Program-made: the position numbers and the translations under genes
Origin: Nitrospirales bacterium
GTDB taxonomy: Bacteria; Nitrospirota; Nitrospiria; Nitrospirales; UBA8639
DNA length: 64,000 nucleotides
Reading direction: 5' to 3'
NCBI GenBank assembly: GCA_963422365.1
Contig: OY729426.1
Coordinates: 384,001-448,000 of the forward strand
Part shown: positions 10,735 to 21,757 of the stretch, one piece after another
Position numbering within the stretch: the first letter of the stretch is position 1
How the letters are laid out: each line of letters opens with the position of its first letter
Notes under the pieces: model-generated
What the model saw: the letters and a program-made list of their open reading frames with translations, nothing else
Told to the model about the DNA's origin: nothing
Database searches by the model: none

Positions 10735-11673
10735 TTATTGAAGCCGCTGAATCACCAACGCCCGATCAGTGGGGGTCACGGTCGCCTTGATGAAATCCCC
10801 GAATCGGAATTCTTCGGTCATCTTGGTTTTCAGCGTTCGTTCAACTCGAATTTCACCGTGCTCACCTCGGATGACATAGAAATCTCCATCGACCATCAAC
10901 ACTTGACCTTCGACGACTCTGATGTCGTCACCCTGAGCCACGGCTGAAGATGCGGCCGCTTGGACTCCACCCTCCCCGTCAGCCGCAGGCTTGCCTGCGG
11001 CCTGGACCGGAATCTGATCGGCACTCGGAAAGGAAGTTGCCTCATGAAGAACGACTCCAGACACATCATCTGGCCCGGCACGTTCGATCTTCAACGCCTT
11101 GTTGTTCATCAGGACCAAGGCTTTGATGCGATCCCCGTATTCGAATGCTTCCGTCACCTCGGTTTGATACGTGGCCTCGACGTGTATCTCGCCTCGTTCG
11201 CCCCGCACGATGTACAGGTCTCGATCAATATCCAGCAGATCACCGACGATGGTTTTTCTGTCCGGCTGTTGAGCGGGGGGGGGAGGCACAGAAGCTTCAG
11301 CCTTGTCTTTTTCCGCATTTTGGGTTACCGGCGCCTTGGCTGTCGCTGCCTTATTTTCCACCACTCCCGGCACGTCATCGGGCCCTGCGCGTTCGATCTT
11401 CAACGCCTTGTTGTTCATCAGGACCAGGGCTTTGATGCGATCCCCGTATTCGAATGCTTCCGTCACCTCAGTTTGATACGTGGCCTCGACGTGCATCTCG
11501 CCTCGTTCGCCCCGCACGATGTACAGGTCTCGATCAATATCCAGCAGATCACCGACAATGGTTTTGGTGGGTTGGTTCGATGCCCCGTCCTGCGCCAACA
11601 CATGAGGACCCTGCACCAAGAGGACAACACAAACGGCACTAAGAATTTTCAAAATAGCGACAGCCCCTTTCAT
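10735..11673 (-). CDS. secreted protein with three repeated ~65-aa domains
   Basis: Signal-peptide-like MKGAVAIL..VLA; domain TIVGDLLDIDRDLYIVRGERGE..KIER present twice, plus a diverged third copy; Pro/Ala linkers. Confidence 0.8.
   Translation of the reverse strand: MKGAVAILKILSAVCVVLLVQGPHVLAQDGASNQPTKTIVGDLLDIDRDLYIVRGERGEMHVEATYQTEVTEAFEYGDRIKALVLMNNKALKIERAGPDDVPGVVENKAATAKAPVTQNAEKDKAEASVPPPPAQQPDRKTIVGDLLDIDRDLYIVRGERGEIHVEATYQTEVTEAFEYGDRIKALVLMNNKALKIERAGPDDVSGVVLHEATSFPSADQIPVQAAGKPAADGEGGVQAAASSAVAQGDDIRVVEGQVLMVDGDFYVIRGEHGEIRVERTLKTKMTEEFRFGDFIKATVTPTDRALVIQRLQ
11081..11565. repeat. intragenic direct repeat, ~176 bp x2, 309-bp period
   Basis: 11081-11256 vs 11390-11565 differ at about 4 positions by manual alignment. 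Confidence 0.9.
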
Positions 11674-11752
11674 TCCGCCACCACCTTTCCTGATAAACAC
11701 CGTAAGTTGGACGAGCCCCATGGAAGGTCCGCAGCACGTCATCCTTTCTTGT

Positions 11753-12529
11753 TCAAATAGTACCATACCCGTTCATCCTCATCCAGAGACTGCCCAGCAC
11801 CAGCACGGCCATCGTGACGAGAGCCACGTAATCTCGCGCCGTCATGTTCGAAACAAACAGGGGGTGCCGAACTTGTCCGGCCCCAAATCCTTTTGATTCT
11901 AAGGCCATTGCGAGAAGATTGGTCTGACGAAGGGTATGACCGATCAAAGGCACAATCAACGGAGGGTATCGGCGAATTTTCCCAAACACGCCCTTTGATT
12001 GCATATCCAACCCTCTCGACCGCTGTGCCTGAATCACAGCCCCGATCGAGCCGAGCAAATTGGGAACCCATCGAAAGGCGAGCGACAACGAAAATCCCAG
12101 GGAGCGGGGCACGCCTAATCGATTCGAGGCCTCGCTAAGCTCTTCAATGGCCGTGGTCGACAAGAGCACAATGCCACTGATGAGCATGGCATTCAGCCGC
12201 ATGCCCATTCCCATGCCATGGAGCACACCTTCTTGCATGACGGTCATCTCGCCAATCGTGAACAACGAGGTGGTCCCTTCCACAAAAAAAGGCCAGAGCA
12301 CCACGTTGTACACAAACAATAACACCAGCAAAATCCATATCTTTTTTACATTATGGAGACTGTGAGCCCAGAGGACCAGCCCCAAGACACCGCCGGAAAG
12401 CCCCAACAAATACACCGGGTCTGAAAAAATCATGCTTAGCGAGAAGAGTCCAAGAAGGCAGAGGATTTTGGTCCGGCCATCGAGCCGGTGCATCCACGTC
12501 TGAGCATCGACATACAAGGAACGGTTCAT
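11753..12529 (-). CDS. ecfT: ECF transporter transmembrane (T) component
   Basis: HRLDGRTK N-terminus, AQRSRG and ALESKGF coupling motifs; ATGA overlap with the upstream gene. Confidence 0.9.
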   Translation of the reverse strand: MNRSLYVDAQTWMHRLDGRTKILCLLGLFSLSMIFSDPVYLLGLSGGVLGLVLWAHSLHNVKKIWILLVLLFVYNVVLWPFFVEGTTSLFTIGEMTVMQEGVLHGMGMGMRLNAMLISGIVLLSTTAIEELSEASNRLGVPRSLGFSLSLAFRWVPNLLGSIGAVIQAQRSRGLDMQSKGVFGKIRRYPPLIVPLIGHTLRQTNLLAMALESKGFGAGQVRHPLFVSNMTARDYVALVTMAVLVLGSLWMRMNGYGTI

Positions 12530-14952
12530 GGCACGTGCCAAGCCTTTCGCACCTCCCCAACTGTCAACAACGTCACGCCCCACCGATGCGCAAATCGAGT
12601 GAGTGACGGCAACGCCAAGGCCGCAGACCGGACGAGCTCGGGATCTGAAAAAATTTCTCGTGTCGGACCATCCGCCAATACTGTGCCGTGTCGCATCAGC
12701 ACACATCGTGCTGCATAGTTCGCGACGATTCCCATGTCATGTGTCATCATCAGAATGGTATGTCCTTGTTGATTCAGCAGGCGCATCATATTCAGCATGC
12801 GAGTCGATTCCTCTGCGTCAAGCCCGGTGGTGGGCTCATCGACAATCAAGATTTGAGGCTTGGCGGCAAGGATGGACGCGACTGCCACGCGCTGTCGTTC
12901 GCCTTTCGTCAGAGAAAAGGGATCCAGGTCTTCGGCCCCGGTCAAACCGACCGCCTGAAGTGCTTCGGTGACTCGGGCTTCGCATTCATCCGGGGAACAT
13001 CCCGCATTCTGCGCGCCAAAGGCGATTTCTTGACTCACGGTTTCCGCAAAAATCTGATGGTCGGGATTTTGAAAGACATGCCCAACGAGCGACGACAACC
13101 GACCGACCCCGGTTTGTTGCGTGTCGTTTCCGAGGACCAGAATGCGGCCTTCCGATGGCAACAGAAGACCATTGCATAATTTAGCAAGCGTGCTTTTGCC
13201 CGACCCATTCTGCCCAAGAATCGCCACAAATTCCCCGGCCCGAAACGATAAAGAAACCTGGGAGAGCACCGGAACGTCGGGTTGGTAATGAACCGACACC
13301 TTCCTGAGTTCAAGAACGTTTGCCGAAGATTCGGATCGGACAACGTCCGAACCCGTCTCGTGTAACTGTGACGCGACAACAGTCAGGCCAAGGGTATCGG
13401 CCCATTGCCAAGCTTCTTCAACCGTGGCTGGTAAGGCTTGAGCCCCATGGCCTTGAAAACATTCTGCTAACGGGTAGAGGCTCACGCCATATCGTTCTGC
13501 CAGATCAGGTTGACTGAGAAGGTCACGAGGGGTGCCTTGCCACATGATTTCGCCTTCATCCAGCACACACACTCGGTCTGCCTTCATCAAGGCTTCGACT
13601 CCATGTTCAGCAATGATGACCGTGATCCCTTTTGTTTTCAGATTTTCCAAGAGCAGGATACACTGCTGTCTGCCAGCAGGGTCGAGATCGGTCAGCGGTT
13701 GGTCCATGACGATCACCGGAGGTTCCCGAACCAAGACCGAGGCCAGCACCAAGCGCTGCCGTTGCCCTCCGGATAAAGAACAGGGGTCACGCCGTTCCAA
13801 ACCCGACAGCCCAACCAGATTGAGAAGGTGTCGCAGATGCTTGCGGAGGGACTCTTCGTCAGTGAAGTCGCGCGTTTCTCCCTGAGCTTCCAAGGCGCAT
13901 CGAAGTTCCGCCTCCACGTTGGTCGAGACCAATTGCGTTTCAAAATCCTGAAACACCATTCCGACTCTATTCGCCTGTTCCCACACCGGTGATTGGGTCG
14001 TGGATTGTCCGTGTACCATCACCGTGCCGACAAAGTCGCCTTGCACAAATTGGGGAACCAGCCCATTCAAGGCATAACACAACGTGGACTTCCCTGATCC
14101 GGTCCGGCCCATCAACACGACCAATTCTCCACGTTGAACGTCTAAGGAAACGTGTTTGAGGACGGGATACGCCGCATGAATCGGGCGAAACGAGAGACCC
14201 TGAATGGATACGGCAACGGACGCGGCTTTCGTCGATTGCGACGATGATGGTGAAACCGAAGGAAATGGACCGTCAGAAGGATCTTGCCTCTTTCTCACTC
14301 GACCTCCGAAAGCCAGATCACCGTAATACAGGTTCCATTGTTTGACTCGTGGATAGAGGAACAACAGAAGCGGTGGGCCGAGCAACAGAGCCATCACCAA
14401 GTTGTTGAAAAAAATGGCCGGCGATAAAAGCCAAAACGGGAGGAGACCCAGGAGCTCCACGCCCCACCCGATCGTGACTGCACACACCATGGAAGCCGCT
14501 GCGCAGATGACCACGTATTCCAAGCCTTGCTTCCAAGAACGTACCATGGGTTCTCGACCGGACGACAACCACCCCAAGTTTCCCCACAACAGATAGGGCA
14601 CGTACCCATAGAGAAAATTTCCCAGAAACCCGAACACACTGGCCGGCCCCAGCGTGCCAAAACAATCCCCGATCACATTGCCGATTCCCGCACCCCACGC
14701 CGCGGCAGGGCCAAAGAGGAGCGAACTGACAATGGGAATGACGTTAGCCGGTCGCAGCTCCACAAAGCCGGGGATAATGGGAATCCCCACCTTAAAAGGA
14801 ATGAGCACGGCCGCATAAATTGCCGCAATCTGCGCGGATAAGACCAACAGCCGGGTATCGCACCAGACGTGCCGGAGTTCCCTGTACCATCGACGCGGAT
14901 TCCAGGACGAAAGGGATGTATCCACTGGTGGCTTTAAGAAGTCATGAAACAC
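12526..14952 (-). CDS. fused QueT-like ECF S component + tandem ECF ATPases
   Basis: Hydrophobic N-terminal ~200 aa (IAAIYAAVL, ELRPAN, LLFGPAAAWG.GIGNVIGD), then two ABC domains (GRTGSGKS, LSGGQRQ; GQNGSGKS, LTKGERQ, DEPTTGLD). Confidence 0.88.
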   Translation of the reverse strand: MFHDFLKPPVDTSLSSWNPRRWYRELRHVWCDTRLLVLSAQIAAIYAAVLIPFKVGIPIIPGFVELRPANVIPIVSSLLFGPAAAWGAGIGNVIGDCFGTLGPASVFGFLGNFLYGYVPYLLWGNLGWLSSGREPMVRSWKQGLEYVVICAAASMVCAVTIGWGVELLGLLPFWLLSPAIFFNNLVMALLLGPPLLLFLYPRVKQWNLYYGDLAFGGRVRKRQDPSDGPFPSVSPSSSQSTKAASVAVSIQGLSFRPIHAAYPVLKHVSLDVQRGELVVLMGRTGSGKSTLCYALNGLVPQFVQGDFVGTVMVHGQSTTQSPVWEQANRVGMVFQDFETQLVSTNVEAELRCALEAQGETRDFTDEESLRKHLRHLLNLVGLSGLERRDPCSLSGGQRQRLVLASVLVREPPVIVMDQPLTDLDPAGRQQCILLLENLKTKGITVIIAEHGVEALMKADRVCVLDEGEIMWQGTPRDLLSQPDLAERYGVSLYPLAECFQGHGAQALPATVEEAWQWADTLGLTVVASQLHETGSDVVRSESSANVLELRKVSVHYQPDVPVLSQVSLSFRAGEFVAILGQNGSGKSTLAKLCNGLLLPSEGRILVLGNDTQQTGVGRLSSLVGHVFQNPDHQIFAETVSQEIAFGAQNAGCSPDECEARVTEALQAVGLTGAEDLDPFSLTKGERQRVAVASILAAKPQILIVDEPTTGLDAEESTRMLNMMRLLNQQGHTILMMTHDMGIVANYAARCVLMRHGTVLADGPTREIFSDPELVRSAALALPSLTRFAHRWGVTLLTVGEVRKAWHVP

Positions 14953-14988
14953 GATTCCGGATCGAGAATGATTGTCCAGTCCATGTTT

Positions 14989-15552
14989 TCAGCATTGGCT
15001 TAAAGGACGATCAGTGAGTCGAGTCCTTCTGCTCTTGGGCGCAGGAAACGGCAGACTTTTTATTGTGTCAAGAGTGATAGTTATTGAAACGGAAGTTTTT
15101 GCCTTTTCGGCAATCTTTTCCAAGATTTCTTTGATGGCAATCTCCAAATACATTCTTTCGTTAATCGCTTCCTCTCTCAACCTGACGACCAATAGCAACA
15201 TCTGATGATGCGTGGCTGGGGTAATGGGAATTTTGTCATTTTCCCATCTGGATATGGTCCCGCGCTTGACAGACCCAAGGAGTCTGCCCAATTCCTCGGC
15301 GGTAAGGCCGACCCACTTCCTCAAAAACCTGAATTCTTGGCCTCGCCAGATGGTTTTTTTATTTAATAACCTATAAGCAATCGCATCGTGCAGGCGTTCT
15401 ATTTGAGGAATTTCCATAAATTTTTGTCCGCACACACAGGCATGGAGCCGTGCGCCGTCTTTTAGATACACATTATCTAAACCAGATTCCTTATAGTGAT
15501 AGCGCTTGATGACTGAGCACTCAGCCTTCTTTCCACAAGTAGGGCAGACCAT
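14989..15552 (-). CDS. MqsA-like antitoxin (zinc ribbon + XRE HTH)
   Basis: CPTCG..YKESGLDNVYL..CVCG, then EFRFLRKWVGLTAEELG..TISRWEN; GGAGG RBS. Confidence 0.8.
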   Translation of the reverse strand: MVCPTCGKKAECSVIKRYHYKESGLDNVYLKDGARLHACVCGQKFMEIPQIERLHDAIAYRLLNKKTIWRGQEFRFLRKWVGLTAEELGRLLGSVKRGTISRWENDKIPITPATHHQMLLLVVRLREEAINERMYLEIAIKEILEKIAEKAKTSVSITITLDTIKSLPFPAPKSRRTRLTDRPLSQC

Positions 15553-15874
15553 TTGCTGGTACCTCCTCCCCCTAGAAAAGCGAAAACCCGTTATTGCGAC
15601 GACGCTTGAATGACTGTTGACGACTACAACGACAGCCATCCATTGATGGTCACAATTCTATCCACATATTTTGTAACGCCAGGAAACGCCATCCCAACGA
15701 ACATCCTCTAAGACTTCCCACTCTCGGCAAACGTGAAGCAAGTCTTGAATCGTCACTCCATGTTTTTCCAATTTTTCAAATAAGTCTGGTTGGTAAACAA
15801 ACTTTGCGCGATCCTTCTCTGCCAAAGTTTCCTCGATTACCCCTCCTCAGCTCTTCGTTTCCTCGTTGTGGCAT
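15553..15874 (-). pseudogene. putative DUF4258/RelE-like toxin partner, disrupted
   Basis: Reads ..EKLEKHGVTIQDLLHV..WRYKICG*NCDHQWMAVVV..VVAITGF; in-frame TAG at 15658-60 and frameshift near 15841; upstream of the antitoxin. Confidence 0.55.
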
Positions 15875-15887
15875 AGAGATCTCAGAT

Positions 15888-15943
15888 GTAACAAAATGTT
15901 ACCTTATCCTAAGCAAATCGGTAAATACGTAAACCCGTTTACG
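15888..15943. promoter_or_regulatory. two palindromic operator-like sites upstream of the TA locus
   Basis: GTAACA-AAA-TGTTAC (15888-15902) and CGTAAAC-CC-GTTTACG (15928-15943). Confidence 0.5.
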
Positions 15944-16112
15944 ATCCTTTGCCTAGCGAGCTTTTGCTGCCTTTTCAGCAATTGGGTTGAATTTCCTGGC
16001 AGAAAGTTTTTCAGAGTTCGTTTTGCCACCCTTCAAGTCCTTCAAGACGACCGAAGGCTACGCAGCGGGATTCTTAGGGAAGGTTTCAGTCGGTACGGAT
16101 AGACAAGAAAGG

Positions 16113-18772
16113 TCAAGCGACGTACGAAAAAGAACTGGCTAATGCTTGAAGCGTTTTGTTTTCCGCAACGGCATCATGCGGGATCAGCAGATAGGACCAG
16201 GATTTTCCGTCGTGCGTCTTCTCGTGCTCAGTGGCCCGTTGGCACCAACCCACAGCCGCGTTGGCTTTGGCCAGAACATCTTTTTGGTTCATTTGATTTG
16301 CACGCGTGGGTTCGCAGAGATACTTGCTGATTTTTGTTTCGACAACAAAATCAGGTTCATAGGCTTCATTGTCATGGGAGTCAATCTGAAAGTCTCCCTT
16401 TCCAGGCTTGACCCATTTCAAGATGTCGTCGTCATGCTCCAGAATCACCGAAAACCGCCGTTCCGTGTCCGAATCAAACTTTTGAATCGAATACAGACAC
16501 TTCTTGAATCCTTCAAAAAGCATGTCCCGAACCAAGTGCTTTTCATCCACCGGCTGACGAAAGTTCCTTGCGGTCTCGTGTGCAGGCGCAGAATAGTGAT
16601 GTGGCGGTAAGGTGGTGAAGCCTTTGCTGACCACTGGCGCATAGTCCGTCGCGTTTTCCTGATAGTGGTCCTGCATTTGAGTATGGATACGGTTTACGAG
16701 AGTTTGCTGGTGGTATTGCAACACATTCAGCACGTCTTCTTCACGACCCAGGTAGGATGTGAGGTGGCTGACGACCTGCCCTGCAAGGGTATAGAGTAAC
16801 TCCGCGTGATCATCATAATGAACGTCGTCGAAGTCGATGAGCCCGCGGACGAGGTAATCTTCAAGCCTGTTTTCAGAAATCATGCCGCTTCCGCTGACCA
16901 GACGATATTGCTCGTGATCATGAAGGTGCTGAATGAGAATGTCTTGGGATACTGGTTGAAGGCAGATTCCCCTCACGTCGAGATTGAAGTCGTCGAATCC
17001 ACACGTCACGTTCCCTTGAGGGATGACAATGATCTTGGGAATATCGATGGACGACTTGATATACGCCTCCGTGGTTTCAGCCACCACCTCGCTGATATTC
17101 ACGGTCTCGTTGATTCCTTCAAGCCCGTACCGAATCGGTCCCATTTCCGCTGAAACCTTATCGACCATTTCCCGTTGAATCTCTAGTGACCTCAAATCCG
17201 CCGAGCAGGGCAGGCGTTCATACTGCTGAATCACATGGAAAGCCGCCGCCGCAATGTTCCGTTCTTCGGGTTCAGAAAACAAAGCTCTCTGGCCTTCGAG
17301 TGTCCCCGCTAAGGAGTCACTGATCCGATTGACGATCACGGGATCGACTCGAACAACCCGTGTCGGCTTGTCGGGAATATCTTTGCCGATGACGACGCCC
17401 GTCCGAATGATCGAATCCGGCCGATTTGCATTGTCAACGATTTCCTGAAATCGATCATGTGAAACGATGGTCAGCCGATCAACCGTCGGCACGCCCACTC
17501 GTGTACCGTAAGGGAGTCGGAGCCCCCGCCCGATGGACTGCTCCACCAGCGTTTTGGAATTCGCCGCCCGAAGCGGGACAATCGTGTACAGATTGGTGAC
17601 GTCCCACCCCTCTTTTAGCATGTTCACGTGAATCACGATTTCAGTCGGGTTGCCGGGGTCTTCCACCGACAGGAGTTGCTGAACGGTTGCATCCCGTTCT
17701 TCTCCCGTTTGGCCGGAGTGGACCGTAATGACGCAGCCCTTGTAGCATCGAAAAAAGACTCGTCCTCTATGATCTTCACAAGGCTATCGGCATGGTCGGT
17801 ATTTTGGGCAACAACCAGCATAAAGGGCTTGACGAGAGGCTTGTCGTGCTGTCGTGCAAACACAGCCAATTCGGTCTTCGTGTGTTCGTAGATGCGAATC
17901 CCATCTTCCAGCTTTAACTGTTCCAGGCTCTCGTCGGTGTAATGTCGTGCCTCGAAATTCTCACGAGTGGCCACCGCCGGCTCTTTGACAAACCCATCGG
18001 CCAGTGCACGGGACAAAGGATAGCTGTACCCGACGTTCTTGAACGGTTCCGTACGAGACCCCTTTTCCACCTGAGGCGTGGCGGTGAGTTCGAGGCCCAA
18101 GATGGGTTTCAATTCATGAATAGCCCGTACCCCAGCGGAGGCGCGGTATCGATGGGACTCATCCATCAGCAAGACCAGGTCATCCAATTTCGAGAGATAG
18201 GTAAAAGAACTCTCGCCGATAGATTCGCTCAGGCGCTTGATGCAAGGAGACTTTCCCCCACGCACTTCGGCATTGATTTTCGAGACGTTGAAGATATTGA
18301 CCTGGATGGGGCCGGTATCAAACAAATACCTAGGTCGCACCCCTCGGCCGGTTTCATAATTATCGCCGGTGATGATCTTCGGCGGATCCGTGGCAAATGC
18401 GGAAATGCCTTGGAACACGTATTTGGAAGTATTGGGAGTAAAGTCGAGGAAGAGTTTGCTGTAAATCGTCAGGTTGGGAGCCAGAACAAAAAAATGCCGA
18501 ATCCCTTTGACTTCATACAAATAGGCGATGAACGCGCCCATCAGCCTCGTCTTGCCCACCCCTGTCGTCAGCGCAAAATATAAAGAAGGAAAGTCCCGCT
18601 CGAAATCCGTCACCGTGAGGAACTTCTGCTTGAGAATCTCCAACGCTTCGGCCGAATCCACTTGTTTCTCCAGTGGAATCAAATCACACACGTGGGCGAG
18701 AATCTCCAGCGAATCCCGCTGCGGTGAACGCAGACTCAAGCGGTCGGCAATGGCATTGACGTGATGACTCAT
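16113..18772 (-). pseudogene. res: type III restriction enzyme Res subunit, frameshifted
   Basis: TGVGKT, DESH, LTATP in 17633-18772; LKEGWDV, EQSIGRGLR, YEPDF in 16113-17666; frame broken near 17745; nuclease ExK position reads EPT. Confidence 0.88.
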
Positions 18773-18787
18773 AAGGAAGTATCCGCG

Positions 18788-19104
18788 TCAGCTCGTGGAA
18801 GCCAGTTTTTTGGGATGAGTCTCAAACTGAAAATTCATCAAATTTACCGGCTGTGGTCGTCTCGAGAGATAAAGCACCTCGATACCAACGACCTGATCGG
18901 GTTTGTCTGTTTTCTCACAATGACGCGCAGCACACGCCCCTCGTATTCCTGAATTCGACTCAGGCGATGCTCTAGTTCCAAATCAAAATGATCCGGTTCC
19001 ACGTGCTCAGGTTCCGCAAGCACCCGTTCAATCCACTCCATCTAGATAATCGGACGTTTTCGTAAACTTTCACGTGCATGTTCGGTAAAATTGTAGTGCA
19101 TCAT
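18788..19104 (-). pseudogene. fused remnants of a DUF4258/DUF2283-type TA pair
   Basis: FTEHARESLRKRPII*MEWIERVL..GRVLRVIV (DUF4258-like, TAG at 19042-44) joined at GATC to DQVVGIEVLYLS (DUF2283-like tail). Confidence 0.6.
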
Positions 19105-19119
19105 TCAGTGTCCATCACA

Positions 19120-20764
19120 TCAATCCAACCCCAACGCCTGTTGCCCTGTCTTGGGTGGAGCCTTCGGTAGGTTCTCCACCCGCAGGCGATAGTCGTCCTT
19201 GCCCCACTCGCAGCGGCTCAGCACGGCTTTCGGGATCTTCTTGAGCGTCAGATTGGGAAACGCATCGGACTTGACGCGAAAGGCTCCACAGCAAATGAGG
19301 AGCGACCGCTTTTCACCGACCTCTTCGCTGAGCCTGGCCAGTTGCTCACGGGTGAGCGTTTGCGTGGTCACGTACATGAAATCACATTCCGTGGAATGCC
19401 CATGCTGCCAGTACATGGTTTCGCTGGGGGCATACGTGAACCCCATCAGCTTGCACGTGGCTTCCGCAACCATGGCTGCGTTGTATTGCTTACTGATGAC
19501 GGGGTTGCCGAACTGATCCTGTTCAAGCAGCGACGGAGCGAGCCGGTAATACCGGAAACCACCGCCCCTTCCAGCCCACGGCCCCCGTGATGCCACCCTG
19601 GTCCTCCCCATCGATGACCTTTTTCAGCCGGGGAATAATGTGCGTGTGGCAATGCTCACCCAACTCGACCATGACCCACCGACGGCCCATCTTATGCGCC
19701 ACCGCACCCGTGGTGCCGGAACCCGCAAAGGAGTCGAGGACGAGATCACCGGGCTGTGATGATAACTCTAAGACTCGTTGAAGAAGGTGTTCGGATTTTG
19801 GTGTTGAAAAGATTTCGGTAGCATTGAAGGCCGTTACCTCACGCTTGGAATCTTGATTATCGCCTACTTCGTCTCTCAACCAAATCGTCTTTGTAACGTT
19901 CTTGTCCTGTACTTCTGACAAAAACAGCTTTGACGCAGGAACATTCTTGCCATACTTGCCAAACCAAATGCGATTGTCTGCTACTAACTGCTTATCCCTT
20001 TCTGGAGATGCTCCCCAACATCTTCCCCTTGCTGGTAAAAGCTTTCTGCCCGACGGCGTCTCAATCTCGAAAATATTCGAGGATTCACCGGTTCTCGCAA
20101 ACTGCGCCCCTCTTTGCCCGCCCGTCAAAACTTATTGTGAAGTCTGCAAATTTCCAAGGCCCTCTCGGATCATTGTCTGGATTTTTGTAACGCTTATCCA
20201 TTGCTTCGGTACGCGGAGGGGAAACAGGCGCCAGATTTCCTTGTTCCTGGCATAAAGGAGAACATGATCGTGACTGTCAGAGAGCCAGATAGCGTTGGGT
20301 TGGGGGGAGTATTTCTTTTGCCATATGACGTTGCACACGAAGTTCGCTCGACCAAACACTTCGTCACACAAGGCCTTCATGTAGTGAGCTTCATTGTCAT
20401 CCACCGTCATCCAAATTGAACCATCCTCTGAAAGAAGGCATCGTAATAGTTCGACGCGGTCCCGAATGAGAGACAACCACAATGAGTGTTCTATGCCATC
20501 ATCATCATGGCTGAAGGCTGATCCCGTATTGTACGGCGGATCAATAAAAATGCACTTGATCTTGCCAGCAAACTCCTGTTCCAACGCTTTGAGCGCCAGC
20601 AGATTGTCACCAAAGATGAGACGGTTATCGAACACGTCATGGTCGGTCACGAGGTGTGTCGCGTGGTAGGACTGCTCCGGATCTTCCAGCAGAATCCGCG
20701 GCTCCAGCCTTGGCCGGTGCTCCTTCCCAATCCAGGTCAACTCAAGTTTCTGCTTCCGATTCAT
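19120..20764 (-). pseudogene. mod: type III RM Mod (adenine methyltransferase), three frameshifts
   Basis: GDNLLALKAL, IDPPYNTG, DSFAGSGTT, GGGFRYY; shifts near 20216, 20130 and 19568. Confidence 0.9.
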
Positions 20765-20840
20765 GATTCAAGTCATTCTCAGCCAGTCTGCCCGCCATAG
20801 CCGTGGCGGAGGCACGTGCTCCTTCCCGATCCAAAACAGT

Positions 20841-21101
20841 TTAAATTGGTCTTGACGGGCATCTTGTTTCGTTTATTGCCGCTGTGTAGTGACGAACGTC
20901 CACTTGCACCCTAGCACGCGCAGCCTCTCCAGCGGTCTTGAGCAGGTCTGATGTCATTTCCTCATCCACGTACTTTTCTCCGCAATTCACGCAGACCTGC
21001 GCCGGCACCGACTTGATCACCAGAGTCGTGTCCTCACGTTCAAGAGCGACAGTCGCCTTCCCCAATCGAGTCTTCCCATTTTTACAAATCACGCAGGTCA
21101 T
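20841..21101 (-). CDS. YgiT-type zinc finger antitoxin (MqsA family)
   Basis: MTCVICK..VIKSVPAQVCVNCGEKY. Confidence 0.82.
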   Translation of the reverse strand: MTCVICKNGKTRLGKATVALEREDTTLVIKSVPAQVCVNCGEKYVDEEMTSDLLKTAGEAARARVQVDVRHYTAAINETRCPSRPI

Positions 21102-21307
21102 GCGTCCGTTCTCCTTTTCTTGAAGTCTTGTTCCCATTCCTCGCAACTAGGCTCGTCTGCCGTCATCACGATTGTTTCTCCGGACTCCGCATTCTCAGCA
21201 GCCACAACATGGAATGGCCACGCATGCCGCCATCCTCATAACAATCGGCTCGGGTATGGCTTGTCACCTGGATACGTTTCAATCGGCTCGCCGGTCTCCA
21301 GCACCTC
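21098..21307 (-). pseudogene. DUF4258 toxin, 5'-truncated with internal stop
   Basis: EVLETGEPIETYPGDKPYPSRLL*GW...HVVAA..W..DFKKRR; begins immediately after the vsr stop. Confidence 0.75.
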
Positions 21308-21757
21308 CTAGTGCTTTTCTTCAAGTTTACGTCGGATCCTCTGTATACACCGATCAGGATTTTTGTTTAGACGGCACTCCCAAATCCGTACAACCTTCCA
21401 GCCGAGTTTTCGGAGGACGCGATTAGTGCGCCGGTCCCTAGCCCGAGTCGTGTTTAGCTTATCTCGCCACGCCTTCACGTTCGTCTTTGGCGTGACGTTC
21501 TTGCCACAGTCGTGGCCGTGCCAAAAACATCCATCAACTAAGACGGCGACTTTCATCTTCGGCCACACAAAATCCGGACGACCGGGAAGTGGTTGGTGTC
21601 TACGCCAGCCGCTCAAGCCCGCTTCACGTAATAAAAACACAAGTCGCTTCTCCGTTGTTTGATTCCCAGTGCTACGTACACGCGACATAAGTTCACTTCG
21701 GCATAGTTCGCCAAACGTCGTGCGTTCTCGCTGGGCGTTGCCAGGCCACCAACTCAT
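21308..21757 (-). CDS. vsr: very short patch repair endonuclease
   Basis: [37 protein letters not shown] overlap with dcm. Confidence 0.93.
   Translation of the reverse strand: MSWWPGNAQRERTTFGELCRSELMSRVRSTGNQTTEKRLVFLLREAGLSGWRRHQPLPGRPDFVWPKMKVAVLVDGCFWHGHDCGKNVTPKTNVKAWRDKLNTTRARDRRTNRVLRKLGWKVVRIWECRLNKNPDRCIQRIRRKLEEKH

Noticed and set aside
11081..11565. DGR template/variable repeat or CRISPR
   Set aside because: Both copies lie in-frame within one gene with very few mismatches; no reverse transcriptase, spacers or cas genes
834..21307. Alternative genetic code explaining the in-frame stops
   Set aside because: The stops are a mix of TAA, TAG and TGA, come with frameshifts, and core genes end normally at all three codons
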